Source: Candidatus Eiseniibacteriota bacterium
Lineage (GTDB): Bacteria; Eisenbacteria; RBG-16-71-46; SZUA-252
Reading direction: 5' to 3'
Assembly (NCBI GenBank): GCA_963703225.1
Contig: OY969801.1
Span: 480,001 to 544,000, forward strand
Length of the DNA: 64,000 bases
The notes under the pieces are model-generated. The model saw only the letters and a program-made list of their open reading frames with translations. It was not told the origin of the DNA and searched no databases. Positions 54,867-64,000 of this stretch are shown here, piece by piece. The position numbers and the translations under genes are program-made. How positions within the stretch are numbered: the stretch's first letter is position 1; each line of letters begins with the position of its first letter.

Positions 54867-55760
54867 CTAGGCGAGCGCGAGGAGCAGCCGCTCGAGAAGC
54901 TGGCGGAGCGGCGTCGCCGCGCCTTGCACCGCGGCGGTGACCTCGGCGTGGCTCAACCGCTCCGAGCCCTTTCCGGCCGCCCAGTTCGTGATGCAGGAGA
55001 TCGCCGCGACCGGGAGCCCGATGCTCGCGGCGAGCGATGCTTCCGCGGCCGTCGACATGCAGACCGCGTCCGCCCCCATCCGCTCGAGCATCGCGATCTC
55101 CGCCGGCGTCTCGTACGACGGGCCGAGCATGACGCCGAGCACGCCCCGCTCTGCCCGCACGCCCGCGACCGTCGCGGCGCGCGTCGCCTTCTCTAAGAGT
55201 TCGGTCGAGTAGGTCGGCCGCGCGTCGAGGCCGCGGGGCCCAGCCGGAGGTTTGAGCGCGTCGGGCCCGAGCGTCTCGGGCGTCCCGGAGCGCGTCGGGG
55301 CGCGCCACTGGAGATTGACCTGATCCTCCACCAGCATCAGGCTCCCCGGGGTCATCCGGCGCGCGATGCCCCCCGCCGCGTTGGTCAGGACCACCGCCTT
55401 GGCGCCCAGCGTCGCGAAGAGCCGAACCACGCGGGTCACCTCTTCGGCGCTATATCCCTCGTAGAGGTGAGAGCGTCCCTGCGCGACCACCACCGGACGC
55501 CCGGACCAGCGACCGAGGAGGAGCCGCCCGGGGTGTCCCGCGACGGTCGAGCGGGGAAGCCCGGGGACTTCCGAGGTCGGGATGGTCGCCTCCCACGCGA
55601 CGCCCTCGGCCAGGACGCCCAGGCCGCTCCCCAGCACGACCGCGGTGCGCGGCACGAGCGTCGTCCGCTTCCGAATCACGCGGAGCGCCTCGTCGGGGTC
55701 GAACGGTGGGAGGGGACGGCCCTCGAGTGCCTTCCCGAAAGCGGAGGGCTTGGCGATCAC
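54867..55760 (-). CDS. Purine-nucleoside phosphorylase (trimeric type)
   Basis: VLGSGLG, VAGH.G, QGR.HLYEG, TNAAGG, GPSYETPAE, DAVCMST, ITNWAAG. Confidence 0.9.
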   Translation of the reverse strand: MIAKPSAFGKALEGRPLPPFDPDEALRVIRKRTTLVPRTAVVLGSGLGVLAEGVAWEATIPTSEVPGLPRSTVAGHPGRLLLGRWSGRPVVVAQGRSHLYEGYSAEEVTRVVRLFATLGAKAVVLTNAAGGIARRMTPGSLMLVEDQVNLQWRAPTRSGTPETLGPDALKPPAGPRGLDARPTYSTELLEKATRAATVAGVRAERGVLGVMLGPSYETPAEIAMLERMGADAVCMSTAAEASLAASIGLPVAAISCITNWAAGKGSERLSHAEVTAAVQGAATPLRQLLERLLLALA

Positions 55761-56642
55761 AGCACGTCGGGATCGGTTCCCGCCTGCGGCGACGCCGAGA
55801 GCCTGAGGCTTCGTCGAGAAAACAGGATGAGGTAGAGGAGCGCGATCAAGAAAGGCGCCGCGTCGAGGGCGATGGTGGCGCCGGGCAGGGCGCCCCCATA
55901 GGGTCTGAGAGTGCGGAGCAACGCCGGCCCCGCCGCGAGCATGACTCCGGCGAGAATGGTCCACCGTCCGGCGATGGCGCACGCGAGCGCCACGATCCCG
56001 AGTGCGATGGGCGGAGCCTCCGGGTGCGCCCGGAGGAGGAGCGCCGCGGCCGGCACCGTCCAGAGCGCTCCGATCGCGAGCGCGGAGAGGCGGTAGGCCG
56101 TCGGGCGGGAGCCGAGGACGCGCCACGCCGGATTCTCGCCGAACGCGCGGAGCCTTAGCCCATACGGCGTGTGCCAGAGGATCCACGAAGCGAGGGCGAT
56201 CACGAGCGGCGTCGCCCAGAGCCAGGGGTTTCCGAGGAGATCCTCCGCGTAGGTTCCATCGAAGACGAAGCCGCGGACCAATCCGGGCGGCGGCGATTCG
56301 GTGAAGAGGCGGAGGCCTCCTGCTCTCGACAGGATTCCCACCGCGCAGGCCGGGGCCAGGCTCAGCGTAAACGCGCCGATGGCGGGATCGGCCCGCAGCA
56401 GGTGGACCAGCGTCCCCGCGGCGACCCCGAACGCGGCGGCGCTCCCCGCGGCGATGAGGCAGGCGAGCGGGTAGTTCCCGGTCCATTCGTAGCCGAGCAG
56501 GAGTCCCAGCATCGCCGCCGCGACGCAGCCCTCGACGCCCAGCCCCGAGAAGCCCGAGCGCTCCCAGTAGAGGCAAGCGACGACCAAGAGGGCGAGCGCG
56601 GCCCACTCGATCGGAAACTGGAGTAGCGGGGACCCAGTCCAG
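55757..56642 (-). CDS. Nucleoside/sugar ABC transporter permease-like protein (BPD_transp_2), start uncertain
   Basis: ERSG...LGVEG and TPYGLRLRA.GENP motifs; the 5' end appears to need a frameshift near 56630. Confidence 0.7.
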
Positions 56643-56662
56643 CGGCGGCTCGCTTTCCCCGG

Positions 56663-57302
56663 TCAGCCCGTCTCGCGGAGCAGGGCGCGGATCTTGGTCT
56701 TGATGAGATCGATGGCGACCACGTTGTAGCCGCCCTCGGGAATGACCAGGTCGGCGTAGCGCTTCGAGGGCTCGACGAACTGGAGGTGCATCGGCCGCAC
56801 GGTCGACTCGTACTGGCGGATCACCTGATCGAGCGTTCGGCCCCGCTCGGTGAGATCGCGCTTGAGCCGGCGGATAAATCGGATGTCGGGGTCGGCGTCG
56901 ACGTAGAGCTTGATGTCCATGAGCTGGCGGACCGCGGGGTCGTCGAGGATCAGGATCCCGTCGAGGATCATGACCCTTCTCGGCTTGACCCGGACCGTCT
57001 GCGGGCTTCGCGTGTGGGTGCGCATCTCGTAGATCGGCATGTCGACCTCGCGCGCCGCCGAGGAGCGCCTCGAGCTGCGTGCGGAGGAGGTCGCGGTCGA
57101 ACGCGTCGGGATGGTCGAAGTTCCGCATCTCGCGCTCGCCGAGCGGGATGTTTCGGAGGTCCCGGTAGTAGGAGTCCTGCTCGACGATCAGGACCTCCTC
57201 GCTCCCCAGGTCCTCCGAGATCGATTGGGCGACGAGCGTCTTGCCGGCCCCGGTGCCGCCCGCGATGCCGATCAGGATCCCGCGCCGGTTCGCCGCGGGC
57301 AT
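56663..57302 (-). CDS. udk: Uridine kinase; frameshift near 57045
   Basis: [26 protein letters not shown] then PIY...[29 protein letters not shown]. Confidence 0.92.
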
Positions 57303-57305
57303 CGG

Positions 57306-57860
57306 CTAGGCCGCCCCCGAGGATTGGGGGGCGTGCTCGGTCTCAAGCTCCGCGGGGGAAATGGCCGCGATGTAGGGGAGATGGCGGAATCGCTCGGCGA
57401 AGTCGAGCCCGTATCCGACGATGAAGCGGTCCGGAACCTCGAAGCCGACGTAGTCGAGTGGCACCTCCCGCTCGCGCCGCTCCCTCTTGTCGAGGAGCGT
57501 CGCGATGCGAAGGGCGCGCGGCTTTCGCGCCAGGAGGGTATCGCGCAGGAAGGCGAGCGTGTGTCCGCTGTCCACGATGTCCTCGATCAGGATCACGTCC
57601 CGACCCTTGATATCGCGCTCCAGGTCCTTCACGAGTCGCGGCGCGCGGCTCGATTCGCTCGATCGACCGTACGATGTGACGCTGACAAAGTCGATTTCGT
57701 GGGGAATCGGGATGGCCCGCATCAGGTCGGCGACGAAGAAGATGCACCCGTTGAGGACCCCCACCAGGAGCGGGGTACCCTGGGGGTGGTCGCGCGCGAT
57801 CTGCTTCCCCAGCTCGCAGATGCGTCGCTGGATATCGGCCGTTCCGATCAGGACTTCCAT
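57306..57860 (-). CDS. hpt: Hypoxanthine phosphoribosyltransferase
   Basis: VGVLNG..FF.ADL, LIEDIVDSG.TL, LLDK, FIVGYGLDF...R.LP. Confidence 0.93.
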   Translation of the reverse strand: MEVLIGTADIQRRICELGKQIARDHPQGTPLLVGVLNGCIFFVADLMRAIPIPHEIDFVSVTSYGRSSESSRAPRLVKDLERDIKGRDVILIEDIVDSGHTLAFLRDTLLARKPRALRIATLLDKRERREREVPLDYVGFEVPDRFIVGYGLDFAERFRHLPYIAAISPAELETEHAPQSSGAA

Positions 57861-57895
57861 GGGTCGAGCGGCGTCTCCGGGTGGGATTTGGGCGC

Positions 57896-57924
57896 ACTCT
57901 ACCACCCGACCGGGGGGGTGTCAA
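57896..57924 (-). promoter_or_regulatory. sigma70 promoter of the hpt-udk-permease-PNP operon
   Basis: TTGACA-17 bp-TAGAGT with extended TG. Confidence 0.7.
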
Positions 57925-57951
57925 ACCGGCCCAGGGGGTCTTCATTCGGGC

Positions 57952-57978
57952 GCAAGTTCCTCTGGAACACGCCGATAG
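57952..57978 (+). promoter_or_regulatory. sigma28/FliA-like promoter candidate
   Basis: GCAAG-14 bp-GCCGATAG upstream of GTG58026. Confidence 0.5.
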
Positions 57979-58025
57979 AGATGGTGGATCGAGCGAGCCC
58001 TCTGGGAGGGACCGAGGAGGAATTC

Positions 58026-58417
58026 GTGAAGGAGACGATCGTCGTCGAGAGGAGGGGCCGCCAGCGTCGGCGGACCGACCGGCGCGCCGCGGGCCGGATC
58101 GGAGCAGTCAGCTCTACTGGATGCTCTGGGGCGTCGGCCTGCTCAACTACACGGACGCGGCTCAGACGGTCTACCTGCTCCACGTGAAGCTCATGGTGGA
58201 GGCGAATCGGTTCATGGCCTTCCTCATGGAGCACTCGCCCTACACGTTCTGGATGTACAAGACGCTGGTGCCGTCGCTTGGCTGCGTCCTCCTCTGGCGC
58301 TACCGCAAGCGGGTGAAGTGGCTCTACGGCGCGGTGATCACCGTCTTCGCGGTCTACCTGACCGTTGTCATTCGGAGCTTCCTCTACATGATGCTTCCGA
58401 TCGGCCCGCACGCGTAG
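58026..58417 (+). CDS. Small membrane protein (DUF5658-like); frameshift near 58090
   Basis: SD GAGGAGG, ERR..QRRRTDRR N-terminus, then LN..DA..T.Y......EAN.FM...K TM core in the next frame. Confidence 0.65.
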
Positions 58418-58640
58418 CGAAGGGGGGCCACTCCCGGCCCGTCCACGGCGTTCGATCTCCTGCATCCGACGCCGATCGTGCGGAATCCAAGAGACAGGCA
58501 AATCGCGCGATCCTTCAGCGGAGAGCCAAAACCCCCATCCCGCGCCGATTCCCCTTCAAAGCCGGTAAACGATTCCAAATATGAAACTTGGACCCCCAAT
58601 ACCGGACCCTGTCCGGGCGGGTCGAATCCGCATTCCGCCA

Positions 58641-58656
58641 TGGCATGGGACCTGCT
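58641..58656 (+). promoter_or_regulatory. sigma54 -24/-12 promoter candidate
   Basis: TGGCATGGGACCTGCT with GG-N10-GC spacing, preceded by an AT-richer patch near 58568-58590. Confidence 0.6.
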
Positions 58657-58710
58657 CATTCCGAGGTAGAACGGCGGCACCCAACGGATTGGGGACTGGA
58701 GGACGACATC

Positions 58711-59520
58711 ATGGGCAGCTCGAGTCCGCGCTATCTCAAGCTCACGACCGGCACCGAGGGCGCAGCGCCCCAGGTCCAGGAAGACGTGGGCTTCTTCTTC
58801 ATCAATAACTTCCTCTTGTCCCGGATCGACTCGGACTTGCCGTCCGATCTCGCGGAGTACGACGAGGATGTGAACGTCTACACGGCCGCACTCCTTTCCG
58901 GTGTGGTCTCCGGCCGGGAGGACATGCTCCGCGCCGATCTCGTCGCCACCCACGACGCCGATGTCTTCGCCCGGGTCCAGGAGAGCAAGGACCAGCGCTA
59001 CCGGTACCGCGTCTACAAGGCCAACGCCGATTTCCTCTACGTCTCGCTCGGGGTCTTCAGCGAGACGTGCGCGGGCGTCGAGCCGGCGCGCGCTTCGGAG
59101 GACGAAGCCCGGCGTCTCACCGGGCGAGGCAAGTCCTACTACCAGTTCGCCTCGGCCTACGCGGAGCGGCTCTACGGCTCGCACGCGGGAATCACCGAGG
59201 TGATGGACAAGCTTGCGCGGAATTTCGAGGCGTACACGAGGGTCATGACCTGGATGAGCGGCGAGTATCTGAACCTCGTCCGGCGGTTGAGCGAGGGCGA
59301 GGTATTCCACATCGAGCGGCTGGCCCAGGAGCGATTCGCCGGCGAGCATCGCCGCCACACGTGGGACGCGTTCCTCGACAACTACGTCGAATGGCAGAAG
59401 ACCCACGCCAGGGATGCGCGCCGCCGCCTGATGCGCGCGGCCCGGGAGCTCAAGCGGATCGATCCGAGTTTCTCCCTCAAGGCGTTTCGCGAGAAGTGGG
59501 GCCCCACTCGCCGACCGTAG
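58711..59520 (+). CDS. All-helical hypothetical protein
   Basis: SD GGAGG, normal GC3 bias; YKANADFL.VSLGVF, GKSYY..A, F..Y..V...M..EY segments. Confidence 0.75.
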   Translation: MGSSSPRYLKLTTGTEGAAPQVQEDVGFFFINNFLLSRIDSDLPSDLAEYDEDVNVYTAALLSGVVSGREDMLRADLVATHDADVFARVQESKDQRYRYRVYKANADFLYVSLGVFSETCAGVEPARASEDEARRLTGRGKSYYQFASAYAERLYGSHAGITEVMDKLARNFEAYTRVMTWMSGEYLNLVRRLSEGEVFHIERLAQERFAGEHRRHTWDAFLDNYVEWQKTHARDARRRLMRAARELKRIDPSFSLKAFREKWGPTRRP

Positions 59521-59545
59521 ATCGCCCCCCGCGCGTCGCGCGCGT

Positions 59546-59574
59546 TTGACACTCCCTCCACCCTCCAGTAGGTT
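59546..59574 (+). promoter_or_regulatory. sigma70 promoter of the thr operon (very short leader)
   Basis: TTGACA-17 bp-TAGGTT ending 10 nt before ATG59585. Confidence 0.65.
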
Positions 59575-59584
59575 GGACCGACCC

Positions 59585-60902
59585 ATGCCAGCCCCCATCC
59601 GGCTCGGATTGATCGGCTGCGGCGTCGTCGGCTCCGGGTTCCTTCACCTGCTCCACGAGCGGGCGCGCGACGTCGAGTGCGCCGTGGGCGCGCCGCTTCG
59701 GGTCACGCGCGTGGCCGTGGCCGATCCCAAGAAACGCCGGGAGGCCAATCTGAGCGGCGCCGCGATCGGCGGCGACGCGATGGCTGTGGCCGCCGCCGAG
59801 GACGTCGATCTCCTCGTCGAGCTGATGGGGGGCGCCGACCGATCGCTGCCGCCCGTCGAGCGCGCGCTCGAGCGCGGTCTCCCCGTCGTGACCGCCAACA
59901 AGCACCTGATCTCGGTCTACGGCGCAAAGGCTGGAATCGACCGCCGCGCGATCCGGCGCCACGCTCCGATACGAGGCCTCGGTCGGCGGCGTCATCCCGG
60001 TGCTCCAGGCGCTCGATCACGGGCTTTGCACGGAGCGGTTCCAGCTCCTCGTCGGGATTCTGAACGGCACGACGAACTTCATTCTCTCGACCATGGAGCG
60101 GGAAGGGCGCGACTTTGCCGAAGCGCTCGACGCGGCGAGGAAGCTGGGTTTCGCCGAGGCCGATCCGTCGCTCGATCTCTCCGGCGCCGATACCGCGCAA
60201 AAGCTGACGATCCTCGTCCGAAGGGCCTTTCGGATGTCGGTGGAGCACGGCTCGATCGCGACCGAGGGGATCGTCGGCATGGAGCTGGAGGACCTCCGCC
60301 AGGCGGATCGATTTGGATTCGTGGCGAAGCTCCTGGGCATCGCGATCCGGACGCCGACCGGGCTCGATCTTCGGGTCCACCCCGCGTTCATACCCAAGCG
60401 GTACCTGCTCGCCGCCGTCCGCGACGAATTCAATGGCGTCTACCTGCGCGGGGAGGCAGCGGGCTCGATGCTCCTGTACGGCAAGGGCGCGGGCGCGCTC
60501 CCGACGGCGCAGGCGGTGCTGGGGGACGTCATGATGTCGGCCCGGGAGTGGGCGTGGCGGAAGGCCGCGGCGGGTGCCGCGCAGCCGCACTCCGGCGCGC
60601 TCGCCAATCCCATCGATGGCTCTCTAAACCGGCTCTCGCTCGACGACGTCCGGACCAAGTACTACCTTCGCCTTCTGGTCGAGGACCGCCCCGGCGTTCT
60701 GGCGCAGATCGCGACCCGGCTGGGAAGCGCGGGGGTGAGCGTCGCCCAGATGTTCCAGGAGTCGGGCGTCCGCGGCCAGGCCTCGATCACGATGTTGACG
60801 CACGAAGCGCGGGACAAGGACGCCCGCGACGCCATTCGCGGGATTGCTGAGCTTCCGGCGATTCGGAAGGCGCCGCGGGCCGTCCGCATCTTCGACATAT
60901 GA
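59585..60902 (+). CDS. hom: Homoserine dehydrogenase with ACT domain; frameshifted near 59925-59970
   Basis: GLIGCGVVGSG, VELMGG, VVTANK; YEASVGGVIP, GILNGTTNFIL, GFAEADP..D..G.D.A.K, YGKGAG..PTA, DRPGVLA. Confidence 0.92.
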
Positions 60903-61957
60903 GCGCGTGGCGCGGCGTCATCCGCGAGTTCCGCGAGATTCTTCCGCCCATCCCCGACTCGGCGGTCGTGACGCTCTTGGAAGGAAACACCCCGCTTCTT
61001 CCGGCCCCTTCGCTCGCGAAGCGGATCGCGCCGGGCCTCACGCTTCATCTCAAGATCGAAGGGCAGAATCCGACCGGCTCCTTCAAGGACCGCGGCATGA
61101 CCGTCGCCGTCTCCAGGGCCAGGGCCGCGGGCGTCGAGGTGATCGTCTGCGCCTCCACCGGAAACACCTCCGCCTCCGCGGCGGCTTACGCGGCCCGCTG
61201 CGGGCTCCGCTGCGCCGTGGTGATTCCGGAGGGGCAGATCGCGCTCGGAAAGCTGGCGCAGGCGATGGTCCACGGGGCGCGCGTGGTCGCCGTGCGCGGG
61301 AATTTCGACGCGGCGCTCGATCTGGTCCGCGGGTTGGGGAAGGAGAGCGCCGTCGCGGTGGTCAACTCCATCAATCCGGACCGGATCGAGGGACAGAAGA
61401 CGATCGCCTACGAGATCGTCGCCGCGCTCGGCGGCAGCGCCCCCGACGTCCACGCGCTTCCGGTGGGGAACGCCGGGAATATCACGGCGACCTGGAAGGG
61501 GTACGAGGAGCGCCGGCTCGCCTCAGGCGGCTCCAGCCCGAGAATGCTGGGGTTTCAGGCCGAGGGCGCGGCACCGATCGTCCGCGGCGCGCGCGTCGCC
61601 GAGCCGAAGACCCTCGCCACCGCGATCAAGATCGGAAATCCGGCTTCCTGGAAAGGAGCCCTGGAAGCGCGGGATCGATCGGGGGGCGTCATCGAAGCGG
61701 TGAGCGACGATGAGATCGTCGCCGCCTACCGAGCGCTGGCCGACCTGGAGGGGGTCTTCGTGGAGCCCGCGTCCGCAGCGGGCATCGCGGGCCTCCTCAA
61801 GCTGGGCGCCCGCGGCGCGCTGGCGGGGGTCAAGACCGCCGTCGCGACCGTCACGGGGCACGGGCTCAAGGATCCCGAGCGCGCGGTCGCGGTCTCGCCG
61901 AAGGTTCAGACCGTGGACCCCGATCCCGCCGTAATCAGGAAGCTAATCCTCGGATGA
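60899..61957 (+). CDS. thrC: Threonine synthase
   Basis: TL.EGNTPL, NPTGSFKDRGM, CASTGNTSAS, PVGNAGN, EPASAA, TGHGLKDP. Confidence 0.95.
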   Translation: MSAWRGVIREFREILPPIPDSAVVTLLEGNTPLLPAPSLAKRIAPGLTLHLKIEGQNPTGSFKDRGMTVAVSRARAAGVEVIVCASTGNTSASAAAYAARCGLRCAVVIPEGQIALGKLAQAMVHGARVVAVRGNFDAALDLVRGLGKESAVAVVNSINPDRIEGQKTIAYEIVAALGGSAPDVHALPVGNAGNITATWKGYEERRLASGGSSPRMLGFQAEGAAPIVRGARVAEPKTLATAIKIGNPASWKGALEARDRSGGVIEAVSDDEIVAAYRALADLEGVFVEPASAAGIAGLLKLGARGALAGVKTAVATVTGHGLKDPERAVAVSPKVQTVDPDPAVIRKLILG

Positions 61958-62934
61958 AGCGGCGCGCGGTCCGGCCCCGTCGCGCGCGCCGACGCCCGAG
62001 CGGCGCGGCCCGGCACGGCATCCAGCTTTGGTCCGCCACCGTTCCCGCCTCCACCTCGAACATCGGTCCCGGCTTCGATTGCCTCGGCCTCGCGCTCCAG
62101 CTCCCGCTGGTTGCCGTGGCGCGGCGGATTCCGGATGGTTTTCGGATCGAGCGATTCGGAGAGGGAAGCGATCTCGCCCTCGACCCGAACCGCGATCCGA
62201 TCCTCTCGGCATTTCGCTCCATCTGCCGCCTCGCGGACGAGCCGGTCCCGACCGTCGCGCTCTCCGTGCGATCCAAGATCCCTGTCGCGCGGGGCCTCGG
62301 CTCGAGCGCGGCCGCCATCGTCGCCGGGCTCGCGCTGGCCAACCACTGGCTCGGCCGCCGGTTCTCCCCCTCGGAGCTCTTGGATGAAGCGGTCCGGCGG
62401 GAAGGGCACCCGGACAACGTCGCCCCCGCCCTCTTGGGCGGGTTCATCCTCTCGTTGCCGCGGGAGGCGGGAGGGATCGAGCCCATTCGCCTGCCCCGTC
62501 CGCGAGGGATCGCGATGACGCTGGTGGTCCCGGAAGTGCGGGTGAGCACCGAGAGGGCGCGCGCGATCCTCCCCAAGACGATCCCTCTCGAGGCCGCGGC
62601 CCAAAACACGGCCCGGGCGATGGCGCTTCTCCATTCCCTCGCCCGAGGACGCGTCGATCTCTTGGCCGATGCGCTCCGGGACGTGTACCATGTGCCGCGC
62701 CGCTCGCGACTCATCCCGGCGTTCGACGCGGTCGTCGACGCGGGGCTTCGCGCGGGAGCGGTCGGCGTCACCATCAGCGGCAGCGGGCCGACCCTTCTCG
62801 CGCTCCACCCGCGCGGCGCGGGCGGGCAGGTCGGCGCGGCCATGGTCCGCGCATTCGCCCGCGCCGGCGTCCGCGCCCGCGCGATCCCGGGAAGGATCGC
62901 GGTCCGCGGAGCAGTCACCCGCACTCTCGGCTAG
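61954..62934 (+). CDS. thrB: Homoserine kinase
   Basis: VPASTSNIGPGFDCLGLAL, IPVARGLGSSAA, EGHPDN, ISGSGPT. Confidence 0.95.
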   Translation: MKRRAVRPRRARRRPSGAARHGIQLWSATVPASTSNIGPGFDCLGLALQLPLVAVARRIPDGFRIERFGEGSDLALDPNRDPILSAFRSICRLADEPVPTVALSVRSKIPVARGLGSSAAAIVAGLALANHWLGRRFSPSELLDEAVRREGHPDNVAPALLGGFILSLPREAGGIEPIRLPRPRGIAMTLVVPEVRVSTERARAILPKTIPLEAAAQNTARAMALLHSLARGRVDLLADALRDVYHVPRRSRLIPAFDAVVDAGLRAGAVGVTISGSGPTLLALHPRGAGGQVGAAMVRAFARAGVRARAIPGRIAVRGAVTRTLG

Positions 62935-62949
62935 GAGCCCCATCGCAGA

Positions 62950-64000
62950 GTGGCATTGCTCGTCCAGAAGTACGGCGGCACCTCGGTCGGCTCGCCGGAG
63001 CGGATCCACCATGTCGCCGAGCGGATCGTCCGCACTCGGCGCGCCGGGACCGACCTGATCGTCGTCGTCTCGGCGATGGCCGACACCACCGACGACCTCC
63101 TCGATCTCGCTCGAAAGGTCTCCAACCGCTCCCACCCCCGAGAACTGGACATGCTGCTCACCGCGGGCGAGCGGGTTTCCATGGCCCTCGTTGCGATGGC
63201 TGTAAACGACCGCGGGCAGGAAGCGGTCTCATTCACGGGCTCGCAGAGCGGGATTGTTACCGATACATCCCACACCCGGGCGAAGATCCTGGAAGTGAAG
63301 GCCGACCGCATCCGGGAGGAGCTGAAACGCGGGCGAGTCGTGATCGTCGCGGGGTTCCAAGGTGTGAGTCGGGAGCGGGAGGTGACGACCCTCGGGCGGG
63401 GAGGGTCGGATACGACCGCGGTCGCGCTCGCGGCGGCGCTCCATGCCGCAGGAATGCGAGATCTACACCGACGTCGACGGGGTCTACACGGCCGACCCCC
63501 GCGTCGTACCCGACGGCCCGCAAGCTCGCGGCGCTTTCCTATGACGAAATGCTGGAGCTGGCCTCGCTCGGCGCGAGGGTCCTCCATAACCGCTCGGTCG
63601 AGATCGCGCGGCGCTTCAAAGTCCCGATCCACGTCCGCTCGAGCTTCAACTGGAACGAAGGCACGCGCATTCAAAGGGGAGACTCGATGGAACAGGTGGT
63701 GATCCGCGGCATCGCGCACGATCCCGACGTGGCCAAGATCGCACTTTTGGGCGTCCCCGACCGTCCCGGAGTCGCGGCCGAGATCTTCCGGGCGATCGGC
63801 GGGGAGGGCGTGAACGTCCGGCTGATCGTGCAGGCGAGCGGATCGGACGCCAAGAACGACGTCACCTTCGCGGTTTGGCCCACGACGTGAAGGTCGTGCT
63901 CCCGATCGTGGAGGACTTGCGGAAGCGGCTGGGCGCCCGCGCCTTCGTCTACGATCCCGACGTCGCCATTCTATCCGTGGTGGGAGAGGGGCTCGCGACC
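62950..64000 (+). CDS. lysC: Aspartate kinase, truncated by the window edge, with frameshifts near 63450, 63515 and 63880
   Basis: [51 protein letters not shown], internal MEQ beta-subunit-like start, ACT PDRPG. Confidence 0.92.

Noticed and set aside
54867..57302. Apparent 811-aa uridine kinase-PNP fusion
   Set aside because: Frameshift in udk plus stop-free read-through across the permease gene; three separate genes are recognisable.
58490..58570. Resemblance to a c-di-GMP-I riboswitch (ACAGGCAAA...GCCAAAACC)
   Set aside because: No GNRA-capped P2 stem or convincing P3, and it lies upstream of the predicted sigma54 promoter. An Infernal search with the Rfam c-di-GMP-I model would settle it.
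59521..59584. Thr attenuator, T-box or lysine riboswitch before the hom operon
   Set aside because: The predicted promoter leaves only a few nucleotides of leader; no leader peptide or terminator is present.

Overview
High-GC (roughly 70%) bacterial chromosomal segment from a diderm. The gene repertoire suggests an uncultured FCB-associated lineage such as Ca. Eisenbacteria, but that is low-confidence inference. Bases 1-24.2 kb hold a large surface-glycan locus: SLBB export protein, Wzz-like co-polymerase, two O-antigen ligase/polymerase-family proteins, two flippases, two initiating transferases (WcaJ-like and WecA-like), GT2/GT4/GT9/GT11 enzymes, GDP-fucose synthase and methyltransferases. 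Next come a GAF sigma54 activator plus methyltransferase, a tightly coupled four-gene membrane operon of unknown function (DUF6754-type), a kinase/two-receiver operon, a lipoprotein plus beta-barrel pair, a degenerate GH15, and a GT2/GT87 pair. After these are a sigma54 activator lacking a regulatory domain, followed by a clear enhancer/IHF/-24/-12 promoter driving hsp20-dnaK-msrA; a Ser/Thr kinase-TPR gene; another sigma54 activator; PadR-CPBP; an ECF sigma/ZAS/GT9/HEAT-cyclophilin operon; nucleoside salvage genes (hpt, udk, permease, PNP); two unknown genes; and hom-thrC-thrB-lysC running off the end. I saw no rRNA, tRNA, CRISPR array or mobile element. Many single-base frameshifts in conserved genes look like consensus sequencing errors and create false fusions in the ORF track. 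Strongest leads: the four-gene membrane system, the sigma54-controlled chaperone operon, widespread apparently leaderless promoters, and three sigma28-like promoters in front of non-flagellar genes. All family assignments come from motif recognition by eye, not database searches.
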